Shown: positions 9,339-23,070, counted from the first letter of the stretch. The stretch is DNA of 32,000 nucleotides from Candidatus Saccharimonadota bacterium (GCA_046350815.1 JAXLZO010000001.1:990001-1022000), one strand, 5' to 3'. The notes: generated by a model from the letters alone, not told the origin. Program-made: numbers and translations.

Positions 9339-9932
9339 CTAGAGGGGAGCATCAAGAGATAAAGGAGCCGTATGTGCATTCGAGAAAGTGATATGAGGCT
9401 TTTTGATATAGAGTGGCTTGAGAGGAAATTCTTCTTTTCCAAGAGGAAGAACACAATCTTGAAAGAAATTCATGATATTCTCTGACGAAAAAAAATTATC
9501 CCTATCATCATCGATATGATAAATAGAATCAGAATATTCCACTTCAGGTATAAGACTCCAACCATGACTGTCAAACGCAACTGCTCTCTCTGCTTTATTT
9601 GCCTGCAATGACAGAGGGAATGGAACGCCGAGCATATGTGCATAGGCAAAGCGATCAATAGAAAAGAGTGCAATATTATCAGTGATATGGAGAGTGGAAA
9701 GCATTAAAGTAATCACTCGAGTTGCTGTGAATCCTCCAGGTCATGTCACTATTGTGATGGTGCGGATACTCCCCCATTCATATCATAATCAAGAAAGAAA
9801 CTCAGAAAGCTTCTCAAAGAACATATCATATTCCTTACCGCGTATATCAATAAATTCGATTCACACAATATCCTGGTCTGATTTGAGAACAAAACAAGGA
9901 CTGTGATCAAATATATTTATAAATACATTCAT
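9339..9932 (-). CDS. tsaB: tRNA threonylcarbamoyladenosine biosynthesis protein TsaB (YeaZ family)
   Basis: 197 aa in code 25. Track ORF 9339..9716 is extended through five in-frame TGA to ATG 9932-9930. The motif IVTGPGGFTATRVITLMLSTL matches the GPGSFTGLRIG core of TsaB. Confidence 0.7.
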
Positions 9933-9937
9933 AATAT

Positions 9938-12900
9938 TTAGTAAAGACGTGAATAAAGCTTATCTGGAAAATGAATTCTTAAAATAGCCTTGCTACCATC
10001 CATAAGCACAATCACAAGATGCCCAGTATTTGTCACAACTCGATAGGTTAAGCTCGAGTCAAGTCGTGCAAATTGAAGACTCGGTGAAAGTACAAAGAGT
10101 GGAGCTCATTCTTTGGTACGCAGAATATAACCTCCTGGCATATACGGACTGGAAAGTGGGATTTGTTCGAGAACAATCTTTGTGCTATTATCAGCTCGTT
10201 TGTTCGAAAGGAGTTCCATACTGATAGTTCCACTCAACACGGATTGACCTGGCGCAAGGAGTGTAATAGGACGACTTTCAAAAAACGGATCACGTCTAAT
10301 GGCCAGTCTCATAAGTGGCGTATCACCATAAGATACATCGAGTGTAGCAGGACCTTCTGTTGTTGAATCAGTTACAGAAGTGCGTACATTTGGGTTTTTC
10401 GGGGTAACTATTCCACTCATCTCATCAAGAGACGCAATGAGAGATCCTGAGAGAGAAATTTCGAGTGTATTATCTCGTTTTGGAGAATAGTTATATAAAA
10501 ATGACCCGGAAGAAGTAGTGAAAATCGATACTCATTTACTAAGATGTTTGATACCAGATCAGCGCTTACGCATAATATCAATAGGAATATTTGATTTTTG
10601 AACATCTATTGCACCAAGAATCTGTGGTGGATTATACACAATAGTATCAATGGACGGCACTGGAGCGCGGACCGTCACAGATAGATCAATAGGTAGAAGA
10701 AGACCATCTTCCAATGCAAGATTTATTTTTGCACTATACGTACCGAGCGTATCAAAAGGAGCAATCAAAAGCTTTTGACCCGTCGCATCCAAACTCAGGC
10801 GTGAGCTAAGTCCGCTATCCCCTATTACATCAAGTATTTGCGCTGCTTTACTTGGAAGCAAAATATCACTCGGAAAGGCAATATTACTTGCATCATTCAA
10901 TACCATATTGCGTTGATAAGCAAGTCCTGAGAGCGCATCATACCGAGAAGATTTTGCATCGGAAATAAGCATTGGAAATGCCTCCACCGTACGAGTATCG
11001 CTCATATCACTGATACGTGCGTAGGTAAGATTTGGTGGATTTTTGATTGTAACCTCCAAGTGTCCATCTCATCGATTCGATTTCAAAAGCTGAAATCTTG
11101 ATATTCCATTGAGATTGATAAAGGACTCGTTTCATACAAAAGCATGACGTATCTTGAGTTGCGAAGTAGTTTCCATGAGCTCAATGTCTGTATCAGGTGT
11201 GAGCACCATTCATGCTATATCACGAAGGTCCACCTCACGAGATTCAATCGTATCACCCAAGAGTGAAACCTGACCATCAAGTACACGAACCGTTACATCT
11301 TCATCAGCAGTATATGAAGATCAGCCATCGAGAGGTAGAATTGTTGGCTTACCAGTACTCAGAGGTGTGACTTGAATACGAGTTGTACGATCTGTAAAAA
11401 TTGGCTTAAGTTCACTCAGAGTAAATATCTGATCTTTTTGGAGTTGTGTAGAAGTACGAGTGGTGATTCGCACTTTTCATTTACTCGACGAATCAATAGA
11501 TAATCGAGCTGTAACAGCACCCGTTGCACTTGAGAGAGAGACGGTATTATTCACATCCGATATAAGGATAATGCCCTTGGAATTATCTGGTTTTCAGAGA
11601 GATGAAAGTGAGGTATGATACGCTCCATAATCAAGTCTATAGAGATTGTCATTGGAGGTATCAGCATCAAATCAAATCGTCAAATTTCGCCCCTTCATCG
11701 ATGACTCACCGATATAATCAGGAGTCATATGTGATGAGAATCCATCAGGAAAAAGATCTGATATTTGCTTGATATCTGGTGCTGTTTCGCCAGCAAAGAG
11801 GGAAATATACGTACCTTTTGATTTTTTTACATAAATACTATTTCCGTTGATATACAGTACATCTGCTCTGCTTGAATCATTCGTGAGAGCAAATTTCGTA
11901 ATACGAGTGGATGCTGTGAGGCCTTCTGTGGCAGTTGTAAAGAGACGTTGAGCATCACCAGATCGATAATAAAGCCCTGGGTAAGAACTCGGTGTCTGTT
12001 GTGGATTATCTCATGAAGTGAGTGGAGGTGCTGCATCAACTGGAGTTGCTACCGAATTACTGATATTCTCAAAGAGCTTTCAAACAACATCATTCATTTT
12101 TTGAGTACTACTTGACTGATAACGTTGAAGAGCCTCTTCTCGATCATTTCGCTCATGAGAAACATACCTCAAGATACTCGCATCTGAGAGAATCGATGTT
12201 TCTTTTGTTGTTTGAAGAGTATGTATTTGCTCTCGCATCTTTTGATCTTCTTTCATGCTCGCATTGAAGTAGGATCGAATTTGTTCAAATCGCTCAGCAT
12301 TCTCAGAGAGGAGTTGATCTTTGATACGTGTATCTGCTCGAGAGCTTGCAATATCGCGATCAAGTTGACTAGAAATAGTTTGAAGTTTGGATGTGATTGC
12401 TGGCTCATCTAATTCCTTTGATAACCTTTGTAAATCACGTCTTGATTGAGCAATAAAAGTATCGCTATCGAGGAATACACCAGATTGTGAGAGAACTTCA
12501 TTTTCCAATTTTGCGAGTTCACCTGATGCTGTTTGAAGCATAGGAATCATGAAATTAAACTTTTCTTGAAGATTTTTTATTTCTCCAGAATCATTGAGAT
12601 TCACATCGCGATTTATTTGGCTATTGATACGATCAATTTCTTCACGAACTTTCGGTGGAACCTGTTTATTGAGATCAATAATTCGATTTGTATTGAGTTC
12701 TGAAGCTTTTTGATTGATAGATTCTGTAGCTCGCAATCCTATAGCATTCAGAGGTTCGAGCTTTTCTCGAACAAATTTTGCAATAATATCCACTTTTGAT
12801 GTGTAATTCACATAAGATGTAACTTTGATAGCATCGATTCCTGTCATCGGAATATTAGGAATATCCAGATGGAGAAAATCAAGTGATGGAAGCATTGCTT

Positions 12901-15900
12901 GGCGATCAGTTATTTGAGCAATTCTCTCACCCGCATATGTTTCTGGAACAAATGGATTAGTCCTGAGGATACAGAGCATCTTTTTAACGACCTTAAATAT
13001 CTTGAGAACTCAACCAAGTCCAGCAAGTCACATAATATTTGGTATTTTTGGTGGTGGAGGGAGATTTGGGAGGGTAACACCAGGAAGAGAAGGGATATCT
13101 GGAAGTGATGGAAGTGTAGGTGGTGCTGGAATAATATTTGGTACTGCTGGTAATGTGAGACTCAAAGATCCAAGACCAATACTCAGATCCGGCCAGACTA
13201 CCTTTGGGGGGCGAGGAAGCATAAGTGGTTGAGGATTGAGATCAATCACCGGCATTGCAAGAGTAACCCCAAGCCGAATATTATGAATATCAAGAATAAT
13301 ATCAGGCCACTTTGGAAAGATAAAAATTGGTATTTTTGGAATCACTGCACTAATAAGCTTGACTATAAAATACTTGAGATCATAGCGCTGATTAACACAA
13401 GACGAGCACTCTGCTTCATATCACTGAAAAAGATCAACAAATACTTGCCAAGATTGAAGAATAGCCTTCAAAAGAACATACATTTCAACCCATTTCTGGA
13501 AGCGAATACCATTATCCGCAATAAATCAGCCCGTTATCTTTTCAAGTTGTTCAATATTACAAAGTATTTCATAGGCATATTTTTCTTTCCAGGTAAGATA
13601 TTTTTGAATATCTTGTGGGAGACGTTTATAAGCATCAATTGCCTTGAGATTTGCTTCGATGGATTGGCGAAATGGTCCACTATCAAACATGAATTTTTCC
13701 TCAGCACTCATCTTATCATATCAGTTTTTTGCCTTTTCAGAGAGTTGTTCAGGTGTAAGTGGAACCTTCTTGGCTACTTCTGTGACCGTATTACTCAAAT
13801 CAGTAGCAAATTTGGTCCACTCTCGATCAGCAAGTTCCAATTCACGATCTTGAATAACAGGATATGTTACTGGTACATGTTCCTCAGAAATAGTCAAAAA
13901 TGGCAGCGAACCAAGAAAACTATACGCAGCCTCGATTCATGAAAGCCCTCATTGCACCTGATTTTCAAAAGATTTCAAACCATTTGATGCACTCGTATAG
14001 GTTGTACTAAGACGAGTCGATGCAGATAAATTACCACTGAGTTTCTGAAGTGATTGCTCCCGAGATTGATTGAAGTTATTACCTGGTAATTTCTTGATCG
14101 TCTCAGGAGAAAGATCAGAAAAGAAATTCATATCAGGCAATTTAATATAGATAGTCGGGAGAGTGGTGAGCTTTGTTTGAACTTCCTCCATCTGACGATT
14201 GACCCAATCCATAAGAAAGTCAGGAAATCAAGATACACGAAAATTTTTAATCTTTACAATATCATGAAAATCAAAATCACGAATCTTATTAAGATCAAGA
14301 GAGACTTCCAAAGTATCATCACCAATACTTCCATCACCTATAGAAAGAAGTGGTCATTTTTTGGTTTTTCCAGCCGTTAAGAGGCTTTCCGGTATACTTT
14401 TTGGATCACTACTGCTCACGCTAGATATAGTATAGCCATTATTCACCACCTGTGATCTCAGCTCATTTATATCTTTTTCAGTAGGCATCTTACAAGATGA
14501 TCCGTTATAAAAACCACTACTCTGACCACCACTTGTGCTCACGCCCATATTTCGAATATCTCATGATGATCCATCTTTGCTGCAGCTTGCAAGCGGTCTT
14601 GCTGAAACAAGACAGTTTCCTGCAGGGTTAAGCGGCCAGGTAGCATTAAGTGCTATTGGTGAAATATTTGGACCAAAACAAAGTGCCATTGATTTTGCTC
14701 CACTTAATGTTGGAGAAACAAATAATCTCATCTGACTAACACCTGGTGGTCAAAAAATTCATCATGCACCAGCTGCAGAAGGTGGCCAATATGGTATAGG
14801 AGGAATGAATGATGGTATTGTCTGCATTGCAAAAATCGGAACACCCATAAATGGCGTTGGCGGATATGCAGGCATTCAACCAAGAATACGCGGTGCTCAA
14901 CCTGGCATAAGAGGAGCCCAATTCACAAATGTATTCCAACATCACTGTGCACCATATCAACAAGCAAACGTACCTATGAGATTGTCAACTGATTCAGATA
15001 TTTCATCAAATTTCTCATCAGTGAGGAACTTATCATCATTTAATGTGATAGTATTACTGCTCGTATCAAGTTTATAGAAACTTTTATCTTTTTTATCTGA
15101 TTCTGCTTGCAATTCATTTTTATAATCATCTCCCATTTTCCTCATTGTTTCAATAGTACTTGTATCGAGGTTATTTACAGCACCAGTACTACTTATGGAT
15201 ATATCCTTTACATCATTTATTACCTTGTTAATATCATCACTAAAACCGACCCCATTCCCAACTGGTACAGCTCATGGAAGGGTCGTTTTCTGGTATACCC
15301 GTGGGCTTGTTTGATCAAAGAGGATCGATGAACTACCACATACATCACTCGTGCTATAAGCAATCTCACCAAGATTATCATTATCCATATTTCCCACTTG
15401 AAGTGATTTGAGGGAAATTTTTTTGAGCGGAAGTATACTCCGAATCTCAACTTTTTCACCAGGATGAAGACTAATCTCGTGAGTGATGCGGTCATAACCC
15501 GTTACACTCACAGGAATCCAACCACGTGTCTGATACTCTGAAGTACTTCCATCCTTTGATATAACACGCCACTGGTAGGTTGCTTCACCTTGAGTAACGA
15601 TCTTTGGGAGTCGATCAAGTATTTTGACCTGACGATCCACTCAGCTCACATTCTTGACGGTTGTCATCGATGTGAGCTCACCAAGATCTTTCAGGAGTGA
15701 ACTACCTGATCCGCTCAATACCTTTGTTACCTCGAGTCACTCGACAAGTGCACGATCACCACGTACATATGGAATTCATGATTTCTCATCAGTAATAGCT
15801 CGCACATCAGTACGTTCTGGTGAAACATATGAATTTGCAGAGCTTGAACTTGCCTCAAATAAATCTACTATACCGCTGCCACTAGTTGAAACTACTGTTG

Positions 15901-18900
15901 ATGTAATTGGTCAAGCAGTTGCTTGCCTCTCCTGATTATTGGGAATTTCACCATAGAGCTCACTGCGAATACGTGCAGAGATCGGATCTCATTGCACTAT
16001 TGCAGGAAGTATGATATGACTATCAGCAATAGCAACTCAAGCAATATCAGAGCCGTCAGCAATTTTGATCACCATTCATGAATCGATATCCGTCTGATCA
16101 AAAGCAATACTATCATTGCGAAGCGAAAGAACAGATATCGTGCCACGATTATCAAGTGCAACGATATCATCGCGACCATCCTGATCCATATCGTATACCT
16201 CAAGTTGATGAACGATCATGCTGTATCTTGATTGGGTGCCTCATTGAGCTACGAGAATAGGAGTTGGTACCATACGACCACCTACATTCCCATAGAGTGC
16301 AAGATGTCCCGTATCATCAATGAATACTAAATGAGACCCCTTTCCTTTGGAAGAAATCGTTCGAATCGTTTTGAGATTTGCTTGGGGGAGTCTCGCGAAT
16401 ATTCACCTATTTCGTAGAACTCCATTTGTATTTTTAATGAGTCGTAATACTCATGATTGATGAACAGCTATGATGTCATCAAAACCATCTCCTTCCAGAT
16501 CAAGTCGAAGCGCCGAAAAAATAGTATCATTCGCTCCATCATACACTTTTTCTCCTATACTCATATCATAAGTAGCGCTGCGATCTTTTACCGGAAGAGA
16601 AAAAGTAGGATCTCCAAGATGCATCAAAAATATAGAATTCTCACCCACTAGTGCATCACCAATGCGAGTACCTCAAGCGATATCCTGAAGAAATGGTCGA
16701 GATAAATCATCATCTTGCCAAGGACGCGAGCTATTTAAGCTGAGAGAAAGATCGTCAATAGTAATACCTAAGACTGTAGTACCTGGAATAGAATTTGTCT
16801 GTGCACCAACATATCAACGACCGAGAACAATGGATCGATCTCATGGATAGACGACCACCGATTGACGCAAAGTATCTTCAGAAACTGGAGTTGTAAGATC
16901 AGCTTTTTCCAGTGTTACTCATTTATGTACAAGGATCATCTGAGCTATTTCACGATCACCATCATACACTCAAAACCTGATGAGCCCATCAGTGGAAACT
17001 GGACGAAGACTCATTCATGATGCGAGTTCATATTTTCCATCTACTGTTGCTGTCATGAGGATTGTATCATCACGAACAACGCGCATCGCTCACTGCACAG
17101 ATTGGATTTGAATATCACTACTACTTTTTGCGAGCGCAAGGATATTCTGATCAGCAAGTGGCGCGCAAGAATCAATATTTCCAGTACAAGCAATGAGAGT
17201 CCGATCCATATGCGGAAGAGACACCTTTGCAAGAAGGCGACGAGAGGTGCGATCGACAATATTATAACGGAGATATCCATTCGAAATCTCCGTAGTTATT
17301 TCATTGGAAGCTGATCAGATATTTGAGAGCTCAAGCTTACCTGTAGAGAGTACGCCAGCAACTCTCTGTGATCAACCACGAGAACTATATGATGTTACAC
17401 CGAGCACACGACTATCACGATCAAATATCATAGCATCACCCATAGTCTCACCACCATCTTGATCAGCATATGCATCACCAGTCAAAAAAGCATATGTAAA
17501 AGATGGGTTAAGGTCATGAATATCTTTTGGACTGATAACAGCACCCTTTGAAAGAAGAATAGTATTTTTAGAACTTCCATAAATGACATCTCTCAAATTC
17601 GGATCTGAAGCATTGATGATATAACTATTCGCAGAGAGATTACGTGAACTTTGAGCACGCAGAAGTGATCTCGTACCAGCAAGAGTTCCAGTAATATCGA
17701 TCATCCAAATTGCTGGTTGACCTGCAATTTCACCCAAACTCAGTTCGGAACTGACTCCTCCATTATACAAAAGCTTCGAAGCATTAGTCGAGGAGATATT
17801 GGTTGATACAAGACTCATATCAACTTTTTGACCACCCTGACCAAATACAACGTTTCCATAAATATCACGCAAAGATACCTGTACACGACTCGTATCACCT
17901 GATGTATCGAGTGCATCTAGTGCGACAAACATAGGTTGATCTGGTAGTGTCGGAACCGTAGCAGAATATGACCCTGCAAGCCCTGCTACTTGTACCTGAA
18001 TTTGTGCACTTGGATTGGATTTTGTACGAGAAGTTATTTGTACATAAGGACTTACCCCATTGGTCACCTGAAGCGTAGTACCAGAAAGAAGTAATACATC
18101 AGATGAAAGTGTGGATAAAGAGGAAAAATCAGTTGCAACTTGAGCATTTGCATTTTTTATAACCACCCTACCAGAGACCGATTTTCATCATACAACGAGA
18201 GATTGATTATTCTGTATTTCAAAAGTAATTTTGAGGTCTTTTGGGTTTTTTAAGGTTTTTTCGACACTTGATCCTTCATTTAAAGTGGCTTTGATACGAA
18301 TACTATCGATATTCTTATCTGGGATCAAAGTAAGAGCGGTTGATCATACAATAGTCAAATCTTGACGTGCCTTTCCTCATTTAAATTGAGCATTTGTCAG
18401 TTCGACCAAGATATTAGTATTTTGTGCAATATTTCATTCACTATCGAATGCTTTGATCACCACTGGGGTAGAAGATCAGGCTACAAAGTAGTCCGATGGA
18501 GCTACGATCTGGAGACGCACTGGATCAGATGGCACAACACTATATTCAACGATAGCACTCTCTCCATCCTCAGCCTTCATTACTAGTAAATAAATACCAG
18601 TTTTTTTGAGTTCATTTATGAACAATTTCTGACTCAAATCAGTGATATCTGTAGTATAAATACGATTTCCATTCGTTCGATCAAAAATCTCCAGGTGAAG
18701 TTTGGAAGGGTTTCCATCACGACCATAATAACGCAGGCTCGAAAAATCAATGGGCTCATTTGAACGTTTTGATGTTGGAAGACCAAATATATCGATACCA
18801 CTCCAGCGAACATTCATACTGATATTTGCAATCTTTACGCCATTTTGACGAAGAAGTACAAAATCATAGCGAGCATCACCTCGTTTTGGTTGAAAATCAA

Positions 18901-21900
18901 TACCTGCCTCCCCATTACGAAGAACAAAAGAATCTTCTGAATAATCAACATAAGTCTTCTTAACACTAGCATTCTCGATACCATAACGATACAGATCTTT
19001 GCCTGTTTTTGTATCAACAATTTTCATCAAGCGCACACTGTAGAGCTCATTATCAGGAGTGTTAATGATTACATCATTCGCAGCAAGATGAGTTGCAACT
19101 ATTTGATACTTGCCACGATATCATACATCGGTGAGTGGACTTGAAAGCTTGAAATAACTTCCATCCGATATTGACGGAATATCAGGGTCTGGAATGGATG
19201 GAATACTTGACACAAGATCACTCAAGGTAGGAATGCCTACTGTACGAGCCGTACAAACACCAGGAGTAAATGAAACTTTTATCTCATTTTTAATCCAACA
19301 CTGAATCGCTTGAGGCCATTTTGTAAGTTCTACTCCATCAATTTTATTATCCGGACACTCTGATGAAGGAGTTGGAAGAGATGTATTTTTAACCGCAATA
19401 TCAAATGATCAGAGAGCTTGACTCGTTGTGACGATTCTGCTAATATCTTTTTGTACAGCAATATCCTGAGGAGTAAGGTTGATAGCTTTTGCATCCGCCT
19501 TATTGAAAGTTACGGAAAAACCACCATTATTTGCTTCGCTGCGAATGAGTGCTATTTCCTGAGGTTTTCCATAGAGACCTTTTTCAAAAGTATCTCCAGC
19601 AGATGTAAGCTTGATATTACCATTGAGTAAATTGCGAAAAGCAGCATCGTATTGACTCTCAACATCCGTTCGAGTCGTCCATTCGAGAGCAGATATAAGA
19701 GTATTATAGAAATTCGCATCTTTTGTAACAATATCTACCAATTTTGGGGTATCGCTTGGGTAGGTGTCACGAAGAGTATCATAGACTCATTTTTCAGATG
19801 CAGAATAAGACAGTCATGAAATATACGCACTACCTGCGGACTGTGAATTAGGATGTGTTATATAAAAATCATTATCCGATGTGGTTCGCACTAATGTACC
19901 ATCGCTAGTAGTTCAGGTTCAAAAGCTAGCATCTGAATAACCAGCAAAGGGTATATAGCTTGAGTTGGATCGTGTACAAATATTGTCTCATGATCAACCA
20001 ACTTCCTGACATTCATAAACATAATCCTTTGGTTGCAAATTTCATGAAATAGAAGCATAACCAACATAGTCTTTTGAAGGACCAACAAAATAGAGAGAGC
20101 TTATGTTAAATTTTTTCGTTGCCACTCCTCATCATTCAGCGTTACATATAATTGTGTTATTATCAGGATCAGATGGTTGGCAATATTTTGTATTTACTCA
20201 AAAAGCAGTGACAATATCATTGTCAGTAAGACTTGGAGAATAGAAACCATCATTCCATATACTCATGGAGTATTTAGAATTGTATAACAAAGAACTGAGA
20301 CCATTACAAACAAATACAGACAATCCATCAACCGTTTCGTTTCTACAGAGATTGAGCCGTGAAGTTGTTCCAGGTATTGTTGTTGTATTAATGAGAGATA
20401 CGCCTGGTAAATAAATACTATCCCCAATAGTACGAAGTTTATTTGGATGATTCTTTGTGTACGAATCGTCCATTTCTTGCTGTTTGGTCTTGAGATATGC
20501 ACGCACTTTTGCATCAATCACTTCACGACTATCTCCTCGCTCTATATTGAGACGGAAAAAATTTGGAATCTTAAATCTCTCTGTTTTTAACGATGGGGTA
20601 AGATAAGCAAATTGCGGGTCTTTATCTACAGGTATGTTTGGCGTTGCCCCATTCGATCGTATAACAGAAAGCTCTCAAGAAGTAGGTGAATTTTGATAAA
20701 GAAGTGATGGAACGAGTTTATAATCCGCTTGGAATGCAGTTGTTGGAAAATAGGTGTCATTAATAAAACCATCGCATGATTGTCATCAATTATTGGTGTA
20801 AATCTTGATTCCTGATTTGTTCATAAGATTTACACGCCAAATTTGGCATTGATTTCGAAAAGGGATAGTTGCTCCAACAAAATCCTTGTACTGCATTTTA
20901 GAAAGAGTGTTTATATCATTAAATGTTTCTATCGGTTGATTACAAGAATATCTATCTCCGGATGTATTTGACGGATAGTATACGGTATGACTATCTCTCC
21001 AATATCACCTATTTCTCCAAGTTTTTGCTCTATTTTGCACAATATACGACGATGGTTGCTTTATAAGATCATATTGCAAACACAAGGATGGATCATTTTT
21101 ATAGATATTCGCATCAATTTTTTTTGATCCACCAATATCAAATATAGGTTTTACAAAGCCGGTAAATGCAGCTTGTTTTCCATTACGTGTAAGATTTTGT
21201 GCAGTAGAATCATATGCAAGAACCGAGTGATTTCCCCAGTATGATTTTGTTTCTGGTGATGATTCCCCTTCGCTATCATTTGGAAAGCACGAATATTTAC
21301 CTGCAGCGTTGGTAGTTTCATCAGAGAGGAGCTTCGCATCTCAGCCATTATCTCAAGCAGCATTAAATCATTTTGACATCATAACTGTTTGTGTTGATCA
21401 TCGAAAAATGGAGCAATGTTCTGCACTTATAATTTCTGAGGCTTTTTTTCAAGAAAAATAATTATCATAATCAAACCAATTTGCAGCATAATAATTCCTA
21501 CTTGCATCTCATATACCACGATTTCGGTTATTATTGACTTGACCATTTTTATATGTAACAAGCACTGGAGCATCAACCGCAAGATCCTCAAAATAAGGTT
21601 TAATTATTGATGCGAGCATATCATTTGCTCATTTAATAAGACTATTCGCAGCTTCATCCGAACGAGTGACCGATGTAGGAATAGTATCGAGAAGGAGCTT
21701 ATCATTTGTACCTAGATATCGACCCAATCGATATACAAAACCATCACGGTCAGAAACAGATTTTGAACCAAATAATTCAACAAACTGTTTGAGTGATTGC
21801 TCAATAATAGTGACTGACTGAATATCAGGAATATTCGACATAGCACGCGTCGCCGAATCAAGTATATCAGTAAGCTGAGCATTTGTAATGCTTCATGTTG

Positions 21901-22780
21901 ATACTCATTTTTCTTTCGCCAAAGCTTCCACCAAAACATCTTTATAATCGGGATCTCCATTGATAAGATCCTGATTTCCATTCAGAATGGATGAAATTTC
22001 TTGGGACCAAGATGCTGTATAGCGCTTGTATGTGAGATCTTCTCTTGATATCTGTCGGAGTCTATAGGATCTATACACATCCATCGAAAAAGATTTTGCA
22101 TCTTCGACATTGTCGACAACAAAGACACGTGGCTCTTCACTTATAAAATTAGAAAAACGATTTCGTTTATTGGTATAATCATCAAGTTTTGCAAAATAAT
22201 CGAGTATGCCTTGCCTATCAAGGGTAGAATCTCCCGTGTGTGGACGCAGTATTCCATGTCCAATCTCTGATATAGCCTGAGTATTGCTTTTATTGAGGAC
22301 AAATCTTCACTCCTTAGAATCAAAACGAAATTTTCTATCCTCAAAATCAACATAAGGGTATATCGATACTCCTATTCATTCTTCGGATTTAACAACTGGA
22401 AGTGGTACATCTCCAACGATAAGAGTATAGGCGAGTCTTGCTGAAGTTTTACCATCTCATTCATAGTAGAGTTTTTGTTGAATTTGAGCTATTTCTTGAG
22501 GTTTTGTAGTTATAGTAATTGGAACGATCAAGGTTCGTATATCAGGGTTGGTTCGCTCAACATTTTTTGCATACTGAATAACAGCTGTTTCGAGTGCACC
22601 ATTAAATATACGGTCACTCACAAGAATGGAGAGAAGATTTGGACGATCCGGTGCATCCGCAAAAGCATTATTCAAAAATGGTATAGATACCGTCTGAGTT
22701 AGCAAAAAAACAAACAACAAAAATGTTGCCACCGACATTTGCCAAGAAGCATAGGGGTGTTCATGAAACACACTCTTCAT
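9938..22780 (-). CDS. giant secreted or membrane-anchored multidomain surface protein, 4,280 aa
   Basis: Sixteen track ORFs all lie in one frame: 10106..10420, 10559..11059, 12080..12979, 13028..13345, 13526..13711, 13949..14212, 14354..14548, 14957..15145, 15272..15640, 16451..16648, 17372..18166, 18476..19036, 19409..19741, 20198..20521, 21629..21841 and 22457..22780. I read every gap triplet by triplet and found only TGA (hand count 83 in total), never TAA/TAG. The first real stop is TAA 9940-9938. ATG 22780-22778 is followed by a hydrophobic signal or anchor segment. Confidence 0.85.
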
Positions 22781-22938
22781 TTTTCATCGGACCTTTGGAA
22801 AGGTAGCAAAGAGAGATGATCAAATGGAACGAAAGCGTGAGTAATTTCTCTGGAACAAAAGACAATATTGAATTCATTCTATTTTATAGATTGTGAGATA
22901 TATGCAAACAAAAAGACAATGATAAAAATCAAAAAAGA

Positions 22939-22967
22939 TTGGACAAAATTCGAATCATTTATAGAAT
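22939..22967 (+). promoter_or_regulatory. candidate sigma70-type promoter for tRNA-Lys
   Basis: TTGGAC (22939-22944), a 17-nt spacer, then TAGAAT (22962-22967), 27 nt upstream of the tRNA 5' end. Confidence 0.3.
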
Positions 22968-22994
22968 ACCTCGCGTTCACAAATATCACCGTTT

Positions 22995-23070
22995 GGGAAT
23001 GTAGCTCAGTAGGTAGAGCAGCGCCCTTTTAAGGCGAAGGTCCCGGGTTCGAACCCCGGCATTCCCACCA
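22995..23070 (+). tRNA. tRNA-Lys, anticodon UUU, CCA encoded
   Basis: Cloverleaf folded by hand. Acceptor stem GGGAATG/CATTCCC, D arm GCTC...GAGC, anticodon loop CTTTTAA (TTT at 23028-23030), T arm CCGGG-TTCGAAC-CCCGG, then ACCA. Confidence 0.9.

Noticed and set aside
13229-13942. Long plus-strand track ORF (237 aa), plus other antisense or overlapping ORFs such as 7795..8208, 25503..26072, 27612..28037, 27908..28363, 30259..30597 and 30320..30649
   Set aside because: They lie antisense to, or out of frame with, genes carrying strong motif support. Their translations are Cys/Phe/Ile-rich low-complexity sequence typical of shadow ORFs in AT-rich DNA.
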